The notes under the pieces were generated by a model. The model was given only the letters and a program-made list of their open reading frames with translations, searched no databases and was not told the DNA's origin. Both the position numbers and the translations under genes were made by a program. A DNA stretch of 64,000 nucleotides from Octopus sinensis. Taxonomy: Eukaryota. This document shows positions 14,331 through 25,436 of the stretch, one piece after another (the stretch's first letter is position 1; the number at the start of each line of letters is the position of its first letter). Location of the stretch: assembly GCF_006345805.1 (NCBI RefSeq), contig NW_021836293.1:185429-249428 (forward strand), written 5' to 3'.

Positions 14331-14555
14331 TGATTTCAAAGTTTGGCTCAAGGTCAGCAGTTTTTAAAGGGGAGGTGAAAGTGATTATATCCCAGTGCTC
14401 AACTTTACTGACCTCTAGTCTGCTCTGTATCAACTCTGAAATGATGAAAGGCAAAGTCAACCTTAACAGAGTCTGAACTCAGAGTGTAAAGCTAGAACAA
14501 AATGCAGTTAAGCATTTTCTTTAACATGCTAACGATTCTACCAGCTAGCTGCCTT
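14331..14555 (-). mobile_element. SINE family A
   Basis: GATGAAAGGCAAAGTCAACC..GAACTCAG..GCTAACGATTCTACCAGCT. Confidence 0.85.
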
Positions 14556-14659
14556 ATAATAGTAATAATAATAAGAAGAAGAAGAAGAAAAAGAAGGAGG
14601 AGGAGGAGGAGGACTTCTACTACTACTACAGCAGCAGCAAAGCAAGCAGATGGGAAGAA

Positions 14660-15420
14660 ATGGAATTATATAGCTAATTCATGGGAAAAAATGGGGGATA
14701 TTGGAACTAAAGGCTTCTAAGTATGTTTGATGGATGGAAATCTGAAACAAGAGATCAAAGTACTAATTATAACCACTGAAAAACAAGCCATGTGGGCAAA
14801 TCAGATGAAGATAAAGATCAACAAACTCAGTCAGAGGGCAAAGGTAAACTCTGCAAGAAAGATGAAAATATTCATCATCTCAAAAATGAATGCAGTAAGC
14901 TAGCCTCAAAAGAGTATAAACACAGGCACAACTGTGGAGATAAAAGAGTGCATTGGGATGTTAGTTGCGTGTGTGCTTTCAAAACAACAGAAAATCAGTA
15001 TGAACATGAACCAGAAGCTGTGATAGAGATAAAGAATTACAAAATTTTATGAAATTTCCCCATAAAGACTGACCATAATACTGAAGTAAGATCATGTATG
15101 ATTATAGGGATTATAGTTATAGATCATAGACTTTGTGATATCTTATGATAACTGAATGAATACCAAAATAATTCAAAAGCATTGAGAACTATCAGGACCT
15201 AGCTAGAGAGTGTAAGAGATTGTAGAAGACTAAACCAACAATTATTCCTATGATAATTGGGTCACTTGGCACAACTCTCAAATTGCTACCTAAGAGAGTC
15301 AAAGACATTGGAATTGAGGCTCATATTGTCTACCAGCAGAAAAGTAGCCCCTGTATTCTACAAGAATCCAAAGATAGATTCTTGAAACTTAAAGAGGCTT
15401 GTCACCATCAATTCTCAATA
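14660..15420 (+). mobile_element. R4/Dong-like non-LTR retrotransposon 3' relic (zinc knuckle plus restriction-like endonuclease)
   Basis: DGNLKQEIKVLI..EKQAM, KLCKKDENIHHLKNECSKLASKEYKHRHN..VHWD..YEHEPEAVIE..KIL*NFPIKTD, YQDLARE and IIPMIIGSLG follow the known C-terminal motif order of RLE-clade LINEs. Confidence 0.85.
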
Positions 15421-15474
15421 TAACATACCTTCTAATTAAATTAACATGGAATAGCTTTGGCATAATGACTGTTT

Positions 15475-15880
15475 TTAATACAGGCAAAATATAATTTTTT
15501 GTGAAAGGGTTATTTGATTAAATGAACCTTAGTAATTGACTGGTTTCATATTTTATCAACCTTTGAGTGTTGAAAGTCGATTTCAGTGGAATATGATCTC
15601 AAAACATCAAGAGCTGGTAGAAATACTGTAAGTTATTATTGTCCAATGTTCTAATGTTCCTGCCAACCTGCAGGATAATATCTGATTTAGGCACGAAGCC
15701 AGTAATTTCATGTAGAGGGGTTAAGTCAATTCATTTAACCCCAATACTTGCCTAATACTTTATTTTATTGAGTCTGGAGAGATGAAAGACTAAATTGACC
15801 TTGGTGAGATATGAACTCAGAATGTAAAGTACTAGAACAAATCTCACAGTATTTTATCTAATGGTCTAACAATTCTACCC

Positions 15881-15916
<36 letters not shown>

Positions 15917-16152
15917 CAATAGCAACAAAAATCATAATGATTTCAAATTTTGGCACAAGGCTAGCAATCTCAAGGAGAGGGTAAGTTGATAGTATTGGCC
16001 CCAGTACAACTGGTACTTATTTTATCAACACTGAAAACAAAAATCAAAGCAAAGTCAGCTTTGGTATAATTTGAACTCAGAATGTGAAGATGGACGAAAA
16101 GACTTGGTGCATTTCACCCAGCATGCTAATGGTTCTGCCAGCTTGGTGCCTT
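15475..16152 (-). mobile_element. Three head-to-tail SINE family A copies
   Basis: Three successive copies at about 15475-15670, 15684-15880 and 15938-16152, with a (TAA)n spacer before the third. Confidence 0.75.
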
Positions 16153-16178
16153 AGTAATAATAAGAAGAAGAAGAAGGA

Positions 16179-16343
16179 GGCACAAGCATGGCTGTGTGGC
16201 AAGAAGCTTGCTTCCCAGCCACATGATTCTAGGTTCAGTCCCACTGGGTGGCACCTTGAGTAAATGTCTTGTACTATTGCCTCAGGCCGACCAAAGCCTT
16301 GTGAGTGGGTTTGGTAGACGGAAACTGAAAGAAGCCTGTCATG

Positions 16344-16385
<42 letters not shown>

Positions 16386-16598
16386 TGTGTCTGAGTTTGT
16401 CCCCCACCATTGCTTGACAATCGATGCTGGTGTGTTTGCATCCCCAGAACTTAGCAGTTCAGCAAAAGAGACTGATAGAATAAGTACCAGGCTTACAAAT
16501 AATAAGTCCTGGGGTTGATTTGTTCAACTAAAAGTGATGCTCTGGCATGGCCACAGCTAAACGATTGAAACAAATAAAAGAATAAAGGAATAAAAGAA
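16179..16598 (+). mobile_element. SINE family B, full length
   Basis: tRNA-like head TGGCTGTGTGG..GGTTCAGTCCC, CORE-like GGCACCTTGAGTAAATGTCTT, internal (TA)n, tail GCATGGCCACAG..GAAACAAATAAAAG. Confidence 0.9.
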
Positions 16599-17199
16599 CA
16601 TTTAGAACAATACAAAGACAAACGACTGTGGGGATTTACAGGAAAAAATGTGTAAACAATAAAAAAATAACAATTCGCAAAAATATTTTAAACAAGATTC
16701 CCAGTAGTGGGAAAAACACCAACCAGGAGTGATAATGAATCCCACTGACTCCAGGAGTACCATGACAAGTGCTTCTCTCTGTTTCTTACTTCTCAGCTTA
16801 TATAGGCACCAGAGTTGGCTTGCTCACTTAGGCCATCCTCATCACATTCACCCACCTTTCAACAAATTTACTACTATTATACTACTGTATTTAGATTTCA
16901 AAAACACATATATTTACACAGAAATAAATAACATAATAAAATGACATACATAATAATTAAACAAGATATAATTAGAAGTTTTGACCAGCAGGAATCTGCT
17001 GTTACTTTTTATCATTTTCATAATATTTTTCTTAATATTTCCAGTTTTTCCCAGCATAAATATGTATATATATATATGTGTGTGTGTCTGTATATATATA
17101 TATATAGGTATATGTATATAAAAAATATATAAATATGGAGATGTACTTGCATGTATGTATATATATGTATATATATATACATATATATATATATATACA

Positions 17200-17390
17200 C
17201 ATCATTGACCACTAGCTACTAAAGCTTTCTTTTTTATTCTCTCTGTTTATTTTCTCATGTTTGTTTCTCTTGAAGATCATACGCTCGAAACTTAAAAGAC
17301 TTTCTCACCTTCCCAAGTGGTAAACTAATACACCTGTTTGTTGTTTACACACCTGTCTTCGTCTTTTGTTTTTGTAAATTCCAACTACAT
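17200..17390 (+). repeat. Short interspersed repeat, probable Penelope-type terminal repeat remnant
   Basis: Homologous to 18927-19132 in inverted orientation (AAAAGACTT, ACTAATAC, CACCTGTCTTC). The family assignment is inferred from a hammerhead-like motif. Confidence 0.6.
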
Positions 17391-17402
17391 ATATATATAT
17401 AT

Positions 17403-17587
17403 TTCTTTATTTCTTTATTACCCACAAGGGGCTAAATATAGTGGGGACAAACAAGGACAAGCAAAGGGATTAAGTCGATTACATCGACCCCAGTACGTAA
17501 CTGGTACTTTATTTATCGACCCCGAAAGGATGAAATACTGCTAAGCATTTCGTTCAGCATGCTAACGATTCCGCCAGCTCGCCACCT
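17403..17587 (-). mobile_element. SINE family A (internally deleted variant) between (TA)n tracts
   Basis: CGACCCCGAAAGGATGAAA..GCTAACGATTCCGCCAGCTCGCC. Confidence 0.85.
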
Positions 17588-17617
<30 letters not shown>

Positions 17618-17621
<4 letters not shown>

Positions 17622-18358
17622 GCTTTGACATGAGCAATGATGCATCTTTTCAAGTGCATGTTGCCAATTTGGTAATAAAATGCAGACAGCTAGCTGTATG
17701 GATCCTCTGAACTTTCAGACCAAAAGAGGAGACACTGATGGTCCTTTGGAAGACATTCATCCTCAGCCGCTTGGACTACTGCTTCCAACTATGGTCACCA
17801 CACAATATAAAGTTAACAGCAGAACTCAAAGAAATCCAGTGAAGCTACACTAAGAAGATCGTCTCAATGCAACATATCAGCTACTGGGAAAGACTGACTC
17901 TTCTCCCTGGAGTGAAGGTGGGAGAGATATGCAATGATATACATCTGGAAAATCCTGGAGAGCTTCGTCCCAAATTTTGGCATTGAAAGTTACCCCAACA
18001 GCAGAACAGGGCACCACTGCATGGTACCAAAGATCCCAACATCACTATCAAAATACAGGGCCAGTTACTGCAACAGCTTGGGTTTCAGAGGACCATAGCT
18101 CTTCAATATCCTTCCTAAATGCCTGAGAGACCAGCATGGTATAGATGTGTGTTTCTTTAAAACTAAACTCGATCTCTTCTTGTCAGGGGTTCCAGATGAA
18201 CCTACCTCTCAGCAGGAAACGCAAATGCGAGCAGCAGCGTTGAACTCTCTTGTGCCATGTATCAGAGGGGATTTCACATACTAGTGTAGCACAATCAACG
18301 GTGGTGCCCCAGCATGACCGCAGCTTTCAGGCTGAAACATTTTTAAGGATTTAAGAAC
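17618..18358 (+). mobile_element. 5'-truncated CR1-like LINE inserted in (TA)n
   Basis: GFDMSNDASFQVHV..LWKTFILSRLDYCFQLWSPH..IQ*SYTKKI..ISYWERL..LE*RWERY..IWKIL, a CR1/L2-type RT C-terminal region with stops and frameshifts. Confidence 0.85.
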
Positions 18359-18448
18359 ATATATATACATATATAGATATAGATATATATATATATGTAT
18401 ATATGTTTGTATATGTATATATAAATATATATGTGTGTGTGTGTGAAT

Positions 18449-18750
18449 GAAGGCACATGGCTCAGTGGTTAGAGTATTGAGCTTATGATTGTGAGGTTGT
18501 GAGTTCGATTCCCAGACCAGGCTGCATGTTGTGTTCTTGAGCAAGACACTTTATTTCATGTTACTCCAGTTAACTCAGCTGTAGAAATGAGTTGTGACAT
18601 CACTGGTGCCAAGCTATATTGGCCTTTGCCTTTCCCTTGGATAACATCAGTGGTATGGAGAGGGGAGGCTGATATGCATGGACTTGTTCCTCAGAAGGTA
18701 ACTTTCTAGGTGCAATCCCATGGACATTCATGACCAAATGGGGTCCTTTA
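18449..18750 (+). mobile_element. tRNA-derived SINE, family C variant
   Basis: A box TGGCTCAGTGG, B box GAGTTCGATTCC, then GTGTTCTTGAGCAAGACACTTTATTTCA. Confidence 0.85.
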
Positions 18751-18926
18751 TATATATATATACACCACGTGGTGAGTTGTAATATATATAAAAGAAATTA
18801 AAAAAGGAAAATTCACACACTTTACATAACTTTAATATAATTGATAATATATCGACCAGTTTCACTTTCGCTGTTCATGATATTACGATTTACTTATTTG
18901 AATATGTATTATATGTATATATATAT

Positions 18927-19132
18927 AGGGAGAGTTCACAAAAAAAAACAACAAAAGATGAAGACAGGTGGTGTCAAAAACAAACAGATGTATTAGTATA
19001 ACGCTGAGGAATTGAAAAAGTCTTTTATGTTTCAAGCCTACGCTCTTCTACAGAAAGGGACACATAAAAAACAAGGAGAGAAACAAGGAGGGAGAAAAAA
19101 TGCATGTAGTGGCTACCAATCTATCATGCCAA
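18927..19132 (-). repeat. Short interspersed repeat, inverted partner of 17200-17390
   Basis: Direct reverse-complement similarity, flanked by (TA)n. Confidence 0.6.
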
Positions 19133-19176
19133 CCATATATATATATGTGTGTGTGTGTGTGTTTGTGTGCGTGTGA

Positions 19177-19212
<36 letters not shown>

Positions 19213-19309
19213 CTATTTATGTATATATACATGTGTGTGTGTGTGTGTAAATATGTGTGTATATATATCTATATATATCAGAACAGAGATCGCAAAGGAA
19301 TTAAATCCC

Positions 19310-20186
19310 AACTGGTGACAAAGTGTCTCTCACTCAGAGTGAAAGGTAGATTGTACGATGCATGTGTGCGAACTGCCATGCTTCACAGCAGTGAAACATG
19401 TGCTATGAGTGTGGAGGACATGTGTAGGCTTGAAAGAAATGAAGCTAGCATGATCCGCTGGATGTGTAATGTCAGTGTGCACACACGACAGAGTGTAAGT
19501 GCCCTGAAAGAAATGCTGGACATAAAAAGGATCAGATGTGGCATGCAAGAGAGACGTTTGCACTGGTATGGTCATGTACTATGGATGGATGAGGAGAGAT
19601 GTGTGAAGAAGTTCCACTCTCAAACAGTTGAAGGAATCTGGGGTAGAGGTAGACCAAGAAAGACATGGGATGAGGTGGTCAAGCATGACCTTTGAATGTT
19701 GGGCCTCACAAAGGCAATGACAAATGACCAAGACCTCTGGAGATATGCTGTGACTGTGAAGACCCAACAAATAACATGTGTTCATGGTTGTTTCTTGCAC
19801 CAGCTTCACTTAGCAGCCCTAGCCCATCGAAAGTACCTTGGATTGTAGAACAGCCTACTGTGCTTACCTTAGAAAGCAGGGCGACTTGCTGTGCTTGAAG
19901 AGACCTATTGAGTCAAGTACATCAAAATAAAAATCAAATGGAAAATTGTAGTTGTTGATACCCGTGCCAGTGGCATGTAAAAAGCACCAACCGATCATGG
20001 CCGTTGCCAGCCTTTCCTGGCACGTATAAGGCACCCACTACACCCATGGAGTGGTTGGCATTAGGAAGGACATCCAGCAGTAGAAACACTGCCAGATCAG
20101 ATTGGAGCCTGGTGCAGACCCTGGTCAAACCGTCAAACCCATGCTAGCATGGAAAACAAACGTGAAAAGATAATGATGATGATGAT
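19310..20186 (+). mobile_element. 5'-truncated RTE LINE
   Basis: LVTKCLSLRVKGRLYDACVRTAMLHSSET..ERRLHWYGHV..GRGRPRKTWDEVVKHDL, followed by the 3' UTR and (GAT)n tail. Confidence 0.92.
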
Positions 20187-21856
20187 ATATGTATATGTAT
20201 ATCACTGTCTATGTTCCTTTTTCTATGTTGAAATGAGTTGGATCATCACTTTCTCGAGGCAGTGCATTATGAATGTCTTTCTATCATTAACGTATTTAGT
20301 CGCCTTTTATGACATATAGATAGATGGTACATTTTTCCTGAAACCAGGAAATACTCAGTATCTTCACATGTGTGTGTGTTTCCACGTATGTATCTGTATT
20401 TACGTATGTATGTATGTATGTATGTGCACAGGTGTTCACAGTAAGACTAAATATTTGTATATTAAAAGATAGATTTTTGCATATGATTTACATATTCATA
20501 CAAATACATTCAAATGAATGCTGTGTTGCGGTGTTTGTTATTAAATCCCTGCTGTCAACCCTGTAACACTATGTAAATTTCGATACACCAGTGATAGTTT
20601 ACTTTTTTCTTTTCTTTTTACTTTTTGTGTGTATGTGTTTTTGTTTATGCTCTTCATAAAAAGACATATCCTTTGTAACTTTAGCAGTTGAGAGTTCAAG
20701 CAAGAGATCCCTGCTGAGTATTAAGAAGTATTGAAACTAAGTCTGACATTCCTCTTTCTCTCACCTGTCAAAACTCCTGTGATTTATCCATAGGCAATGT
20801 TTTCATAGTGAGACGAAGTAGATGTTCATTTAACATAGTGCATATGCTTTACATATACACTTATATTCATAACAGCAGTGCGGGTGCTCTTGTTTTATAT
20901 ACATATACATACATATATGTGTATGTGTGTGTATTTATATGCATGTATGTATGAATGTACGTAGATCTATCTCTATATCTATCTCTCTGCCTACCTATCT
21001 ATCTATCTATCTATCTATCAATTTATCCATCTATCTGTCTATCTGTATACACACACACACACACACATATATGTATGTATGTATTACGTATGTGTGTATG
21101 TTTTCTAGCGAGGTAAAGTAGGGTGTTCAACAAGTCCAGACAAATGAGAAGAGAGAAAAGAAGCAAGATCAGAGAAGGGAGAAATAGGGATCTAGGGAGA
21201 GGAGGCATTAGAGAGAAAGAGGGAGTAAAGTCAGACACAAAGAAGCAGAAAATTATACAACCATACATGTACATATATTTAAGCGTAAAGTTTTATTCAG
21301 TGAGTTTCAACACATAGCAATTTACACAAAACAAGAGTAAAATAATATATTATGATATAAACAATAGAACACATCAAATCAAGGTATAGATACTAAAATA
21401 AGTGTGTAAATATGTATGTATGTATGTATGTATGTATGTGTATGTATGTGTGCATATGTGTATATAATCATATAATCTTGAATAAGGTTAAGAAACCGTT
21501 ATTGTTACAATATTTGTGAGTTCCAAACACTTTAATTAAAGTGAATTAAATATTTTCTAGATATTGTCATAATTTTCAAATAACCTGTTACACAATCACT
21601 ATTACTTTCAAGGCCATCAAAAGAAAAGCAATGCTAGTTATTGAGACATAATAGGTATACATAATAGGTAAACTAACACACACATAATATGATATAGAAA
21701 GAGAAAACTTTATTATAATTACAAATAATGTTGTCAAACAGTGATTGTTATCAAAATTAGTGAATCCATAACACTTTATTTAAAATGACTTAATCATTAT
21801 TTTATTAGAATCATAATACCAGATACTTTTTATATTATCTACTTAATTATCAAAAA

Positions 21857-22772
21857 TCATCATCATTTAAAGTCCATTCTCCATGCTGGCATAAGTAGAC
21901 AGTTTGACCAGGGCTGGCAAGCTGAAAGACTGCACCAGACTCCAGTCTGATTTGGCATTGTTTCTACAGCTGGATGCCCTTCCTAACGCCAACCATTCTG
22001 AGAGTATAGTGAGTGCTTTTATGTGCCACCAGCATGGGTGCCATTTGTGTGACACCGGTATCTGCCATGACTGTGATTTTTCTCAGTTTGATGGGTCTTT
22101 TCAAGCACAACGTAATGCCAAAGGTCTCAGTGACTGCCTCCGTGAAGCCCAATGATCAAAAAGTGCTCTTTATATGCCACCAGCATGGGTGGCAGTTGCA
22201 TGACACTAGCATCAGTCATGACTATGTTCTCGATTGACTTGATGGGTAATCTCAAGAACAGCATATTGCCAAAGGTCTCAGTCACTTGTCATTGCCTCTC
22301 TCAAAGTTTGAACATCATGCTTCATCACCTCTTCTCATGTCTTCCTAGGTCTATCTCTACCACAGATTCCCTCCACAGTTAGAGATCAACACTTCTTTAC
22401 ACAGCTGTCCTCATCCATATGCATCACATGACCATACCAGCACAGTTGTCTCTCTTGCACACCACATCCAATGCCTCTTATGCCTCATTTTTCTCTCAAG
22501 ATGTTTGCACTCTGTCCAAACATGCACATTTACCTTGCACATCCAGTGAAGCATATTGGCTTCATTTCTTTCAAGCCCACGCATATCATGGCATTTCCTT
22601 GGTATGTCCCACACATGTCACAGCCCATGTTTTACTGCCATGTAGCATAGCTGTATCCACACAGGCATCATACAATCTGCCTTTCACTCTGAGAGATAGG
22701 CCTTTTATTGCCAGTAGAGGTAGGAGCTCTCTGAACTTTGCCCAGCCTAATCTTATTCTCACAGCTATGCTA
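21857..22772 (-). mobile_element. 5'-truncated RTE LINE
   Basis: RIRLGWAKFRELLPLLAIKGLSLRVKGRLYDACV on the minus strand, with a (CAT)n tail at the left. Confidence 0.9.
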
Positions 22773-22854
22773 ATGCCTCATTTTAAAATAAACACAGTAA
22801 ACAGAGTTCACTGTACGTATTTGTGTGTATTTATATATGCATACATGCACACAC

Positions 22855-23117
22855 TCCCATGCCGGTGATACCTAAAAAGCACCATTCAAGTGTGGTCGAT
22901 GCCAGTACCACCTGACTGGCCCTCATGCTGGTGGCACATAAAATTTACCCTCTGCACTCTCAGTGTGGTTGGCGTTAGGAAGGGCATCCAGCTGTAGAAA
23001 CTTTGCCAGATCAGATTGGAGCCTGGTGCAGTCTTCTGGCTTGCCACCCTTCAGTTAAACCATCCAATCCATGTCAGCATGGAAAGCAGACGTTAAATGA
23101 CAATGATGATGATGATG
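22855..23117 (+). mobile_element. RTE LINE 3' UTR fragment
   Basis: GGTTGGCGTTAGGAAGGGCATCCAGCTGTAGAAAC..GACGTTAAATGA(TGA)n. Confidence 0.85.
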
Positions 23118-23432
23118 CACGTGCACACACACACACACATGCACATGCTCAAGATTAAAGCTGGAGGAAAATGTTTTTTGTCATTGGAATATGACATTAA
23201 TTGAACATATCAAATTAAACCAAATGACCTTTTTTGGATTCCCACATTACTATTGAGTAAATTTATAATATTTGATAGTTTCTTTAAAACTGATAGATTC
23301 CATTGAATTTTTTATTAAAATTGTTACTCTTTTAACTTCATCAAAAGAAATGGCTGAGTTTCTCCTTATTGAATTTAGGGTAGATTTCTAAGAGTATATG
23401 GTGGATGGGTAAAATTATGATCTATGCAAACT

Positions 23433-23650
23433 ATTTTTTCTACTCTAGGCACTAGGTTCGAAATTTTGTGGGGAGGGAGCCCAGTCAATTATATCGATCC
23501 CAGTACACAACTGGTACTGAATTTATCATCCCCAAGAGGATGAAAGGCAAAGTCGACCTCAGCAAAATTTGAACTCAGAATGTAAAGACAGACCAAACAC
23601 CACTAAGCATATTGCCTGGTGTGCTAATGATTCTGCCAGCTCACTGCCTT
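23433..23650 (-). mobile_element. SINE family A
   Basis: Reverse complement of the 1027-1241 family. Confidence 0.85.
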
Positions 23651-25362
23651 AATCTATGCATAATATTAAATGATTTGGTCAAATGTTTGGCTGATATTTT
23701 TTGTCATCATGTTTAAATAATCTGTCTAAGAGACTGACTGCTTGAGAATGCTACTTAATGTAATTTTTAGATTCATATCATTGTTTTGTTTTTTTCTCAT
23801 GAACGTACTTACTTGTTACATGTTGATATATTTAGAGATTAACAAGCTATTATCTTTATACATTCTACCATTAATAGATTGAAATATATTGTGGATTAAG
23901 TTTAAAATATGAAAACTGAATACTTTTGAAATTTCAATGCAGTATCTGGCTGCCATGCTTCTTTTGAAGTTCTTTAATACGTCTTTATTTATATGCTATA
24001 AGTTTTACAATTCACTTCTCATTCATAAAATAAAACCTGTTATCTATGCAAACATTGTCATGTATAACCTTATTGAGAACAGCACATATTAAATCAGACT
24101 GATGGCAAACTAATTTAAGATTAGATATTAGCAGCAAAACTTAGCATTTGGGATATTACAAAGACTATTTGACAATAACTACACAACTCATGCCAGTTTT
24201 TCTAAAAAAGAAATAATTTAACCCACAATATTAGACATCACTTTTTATATAGAGCAATACCTGATATACAGTCTAGCACTTACTGGAGTCTATATACTTT
24301 TGAGCAACACCTAATTTTAAAACACAGCATGAAAGCATAAATACAAAGATAATTCATTTATGCTTGTATATGCAAAATATCACTTCTTAAATACCACAGT
24401 AATGGCATCTCACCAACAGTATTCTAAAATACAAATAAAATATGATATTGCTATTTTCTTTTTTCTTTATTAAATATACTTTAACTTCAACAGCAACATT
24501 AGAGTGATCTCCCCTATTACAGCACTTTAGGAATAATTATATGTAGATATATATGCAATTTTTTTTTTTCATAACACTTGTATAAACAAAATCACATTTA
24601 AAATTTTTGTTTGATATATTCATTTGTTATTATTAAACTATTTAAACATCCACACACATTTACAGACACCCATCACATGACAATACACTACCATTTAACA
24701 CAACAGCCAACGATAACCAGCATAACTGCTGAATTATGACTTTTTCTTAAAACATTAAATTATATCTAACTATACAAAGGTGGAATCATAGGATTTACGC
24801 TATAATATCTAATGGGCATGTGATAACAAAACTTAAACTTGTGATCTGAATATATAGTATTCAGTTATTAATATGATATATAATACTCTGCAAAGAAGCA
24901 TGTTTTGTCTTTTTATATTTTTTGCTTTATGATTGCTCTAAATTTCTGAATGTGTGTGCATATGTATATCTATGTATTTCTCTCCCTTCTTCTCTTTCTC
25001 TTTCTCTCTCTCTCTCTCTCACTCACTCACTCGCTTGCTCTCTTACCATATATATATATATAATGTGAGATTATTTTCTACCCTGACAACAACAGAGACT
25101 AGATTTATCCAATGTTTATTTGCTTCAATTATGTGCTGCTTGTTATGGTAAACTACATTTACCAACGTTATGATGGATCACCAAGCCCCCAGAAACAGCT
25201 GTTGGACATATCACACCTTACCTCTTCTCCTTCAATTTTGTCTGTCATTTGTACTGTGTAAGTTTGATCTATTGATATAAATATCTATATGTTTATTCTT
25301 GAATATTCATCATCTCAAAATCTTCAGTCTTTGATTTCCTTCTGATTGCATACATACATACA

Positions 25363-25397
<35 letters not shown>

Positions 25398-25436
25398 GTA
25401 TATATATGTATGTGTGTGTGTATATATATATATAGA

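Noticed and set aside
18449-18525. tRNA gene
   Set aside because: A and B boxes are present but there is no complete cloverleaf and it continues into a SINE body; the same applies to other SINE heads.
19177-19695. 172-aa ORF as a host gene
   Set aside because: The N-terminus is (TG)/(TA) microsatellite read-through and the rest is the C-terminus of a truncated RTE LINE.
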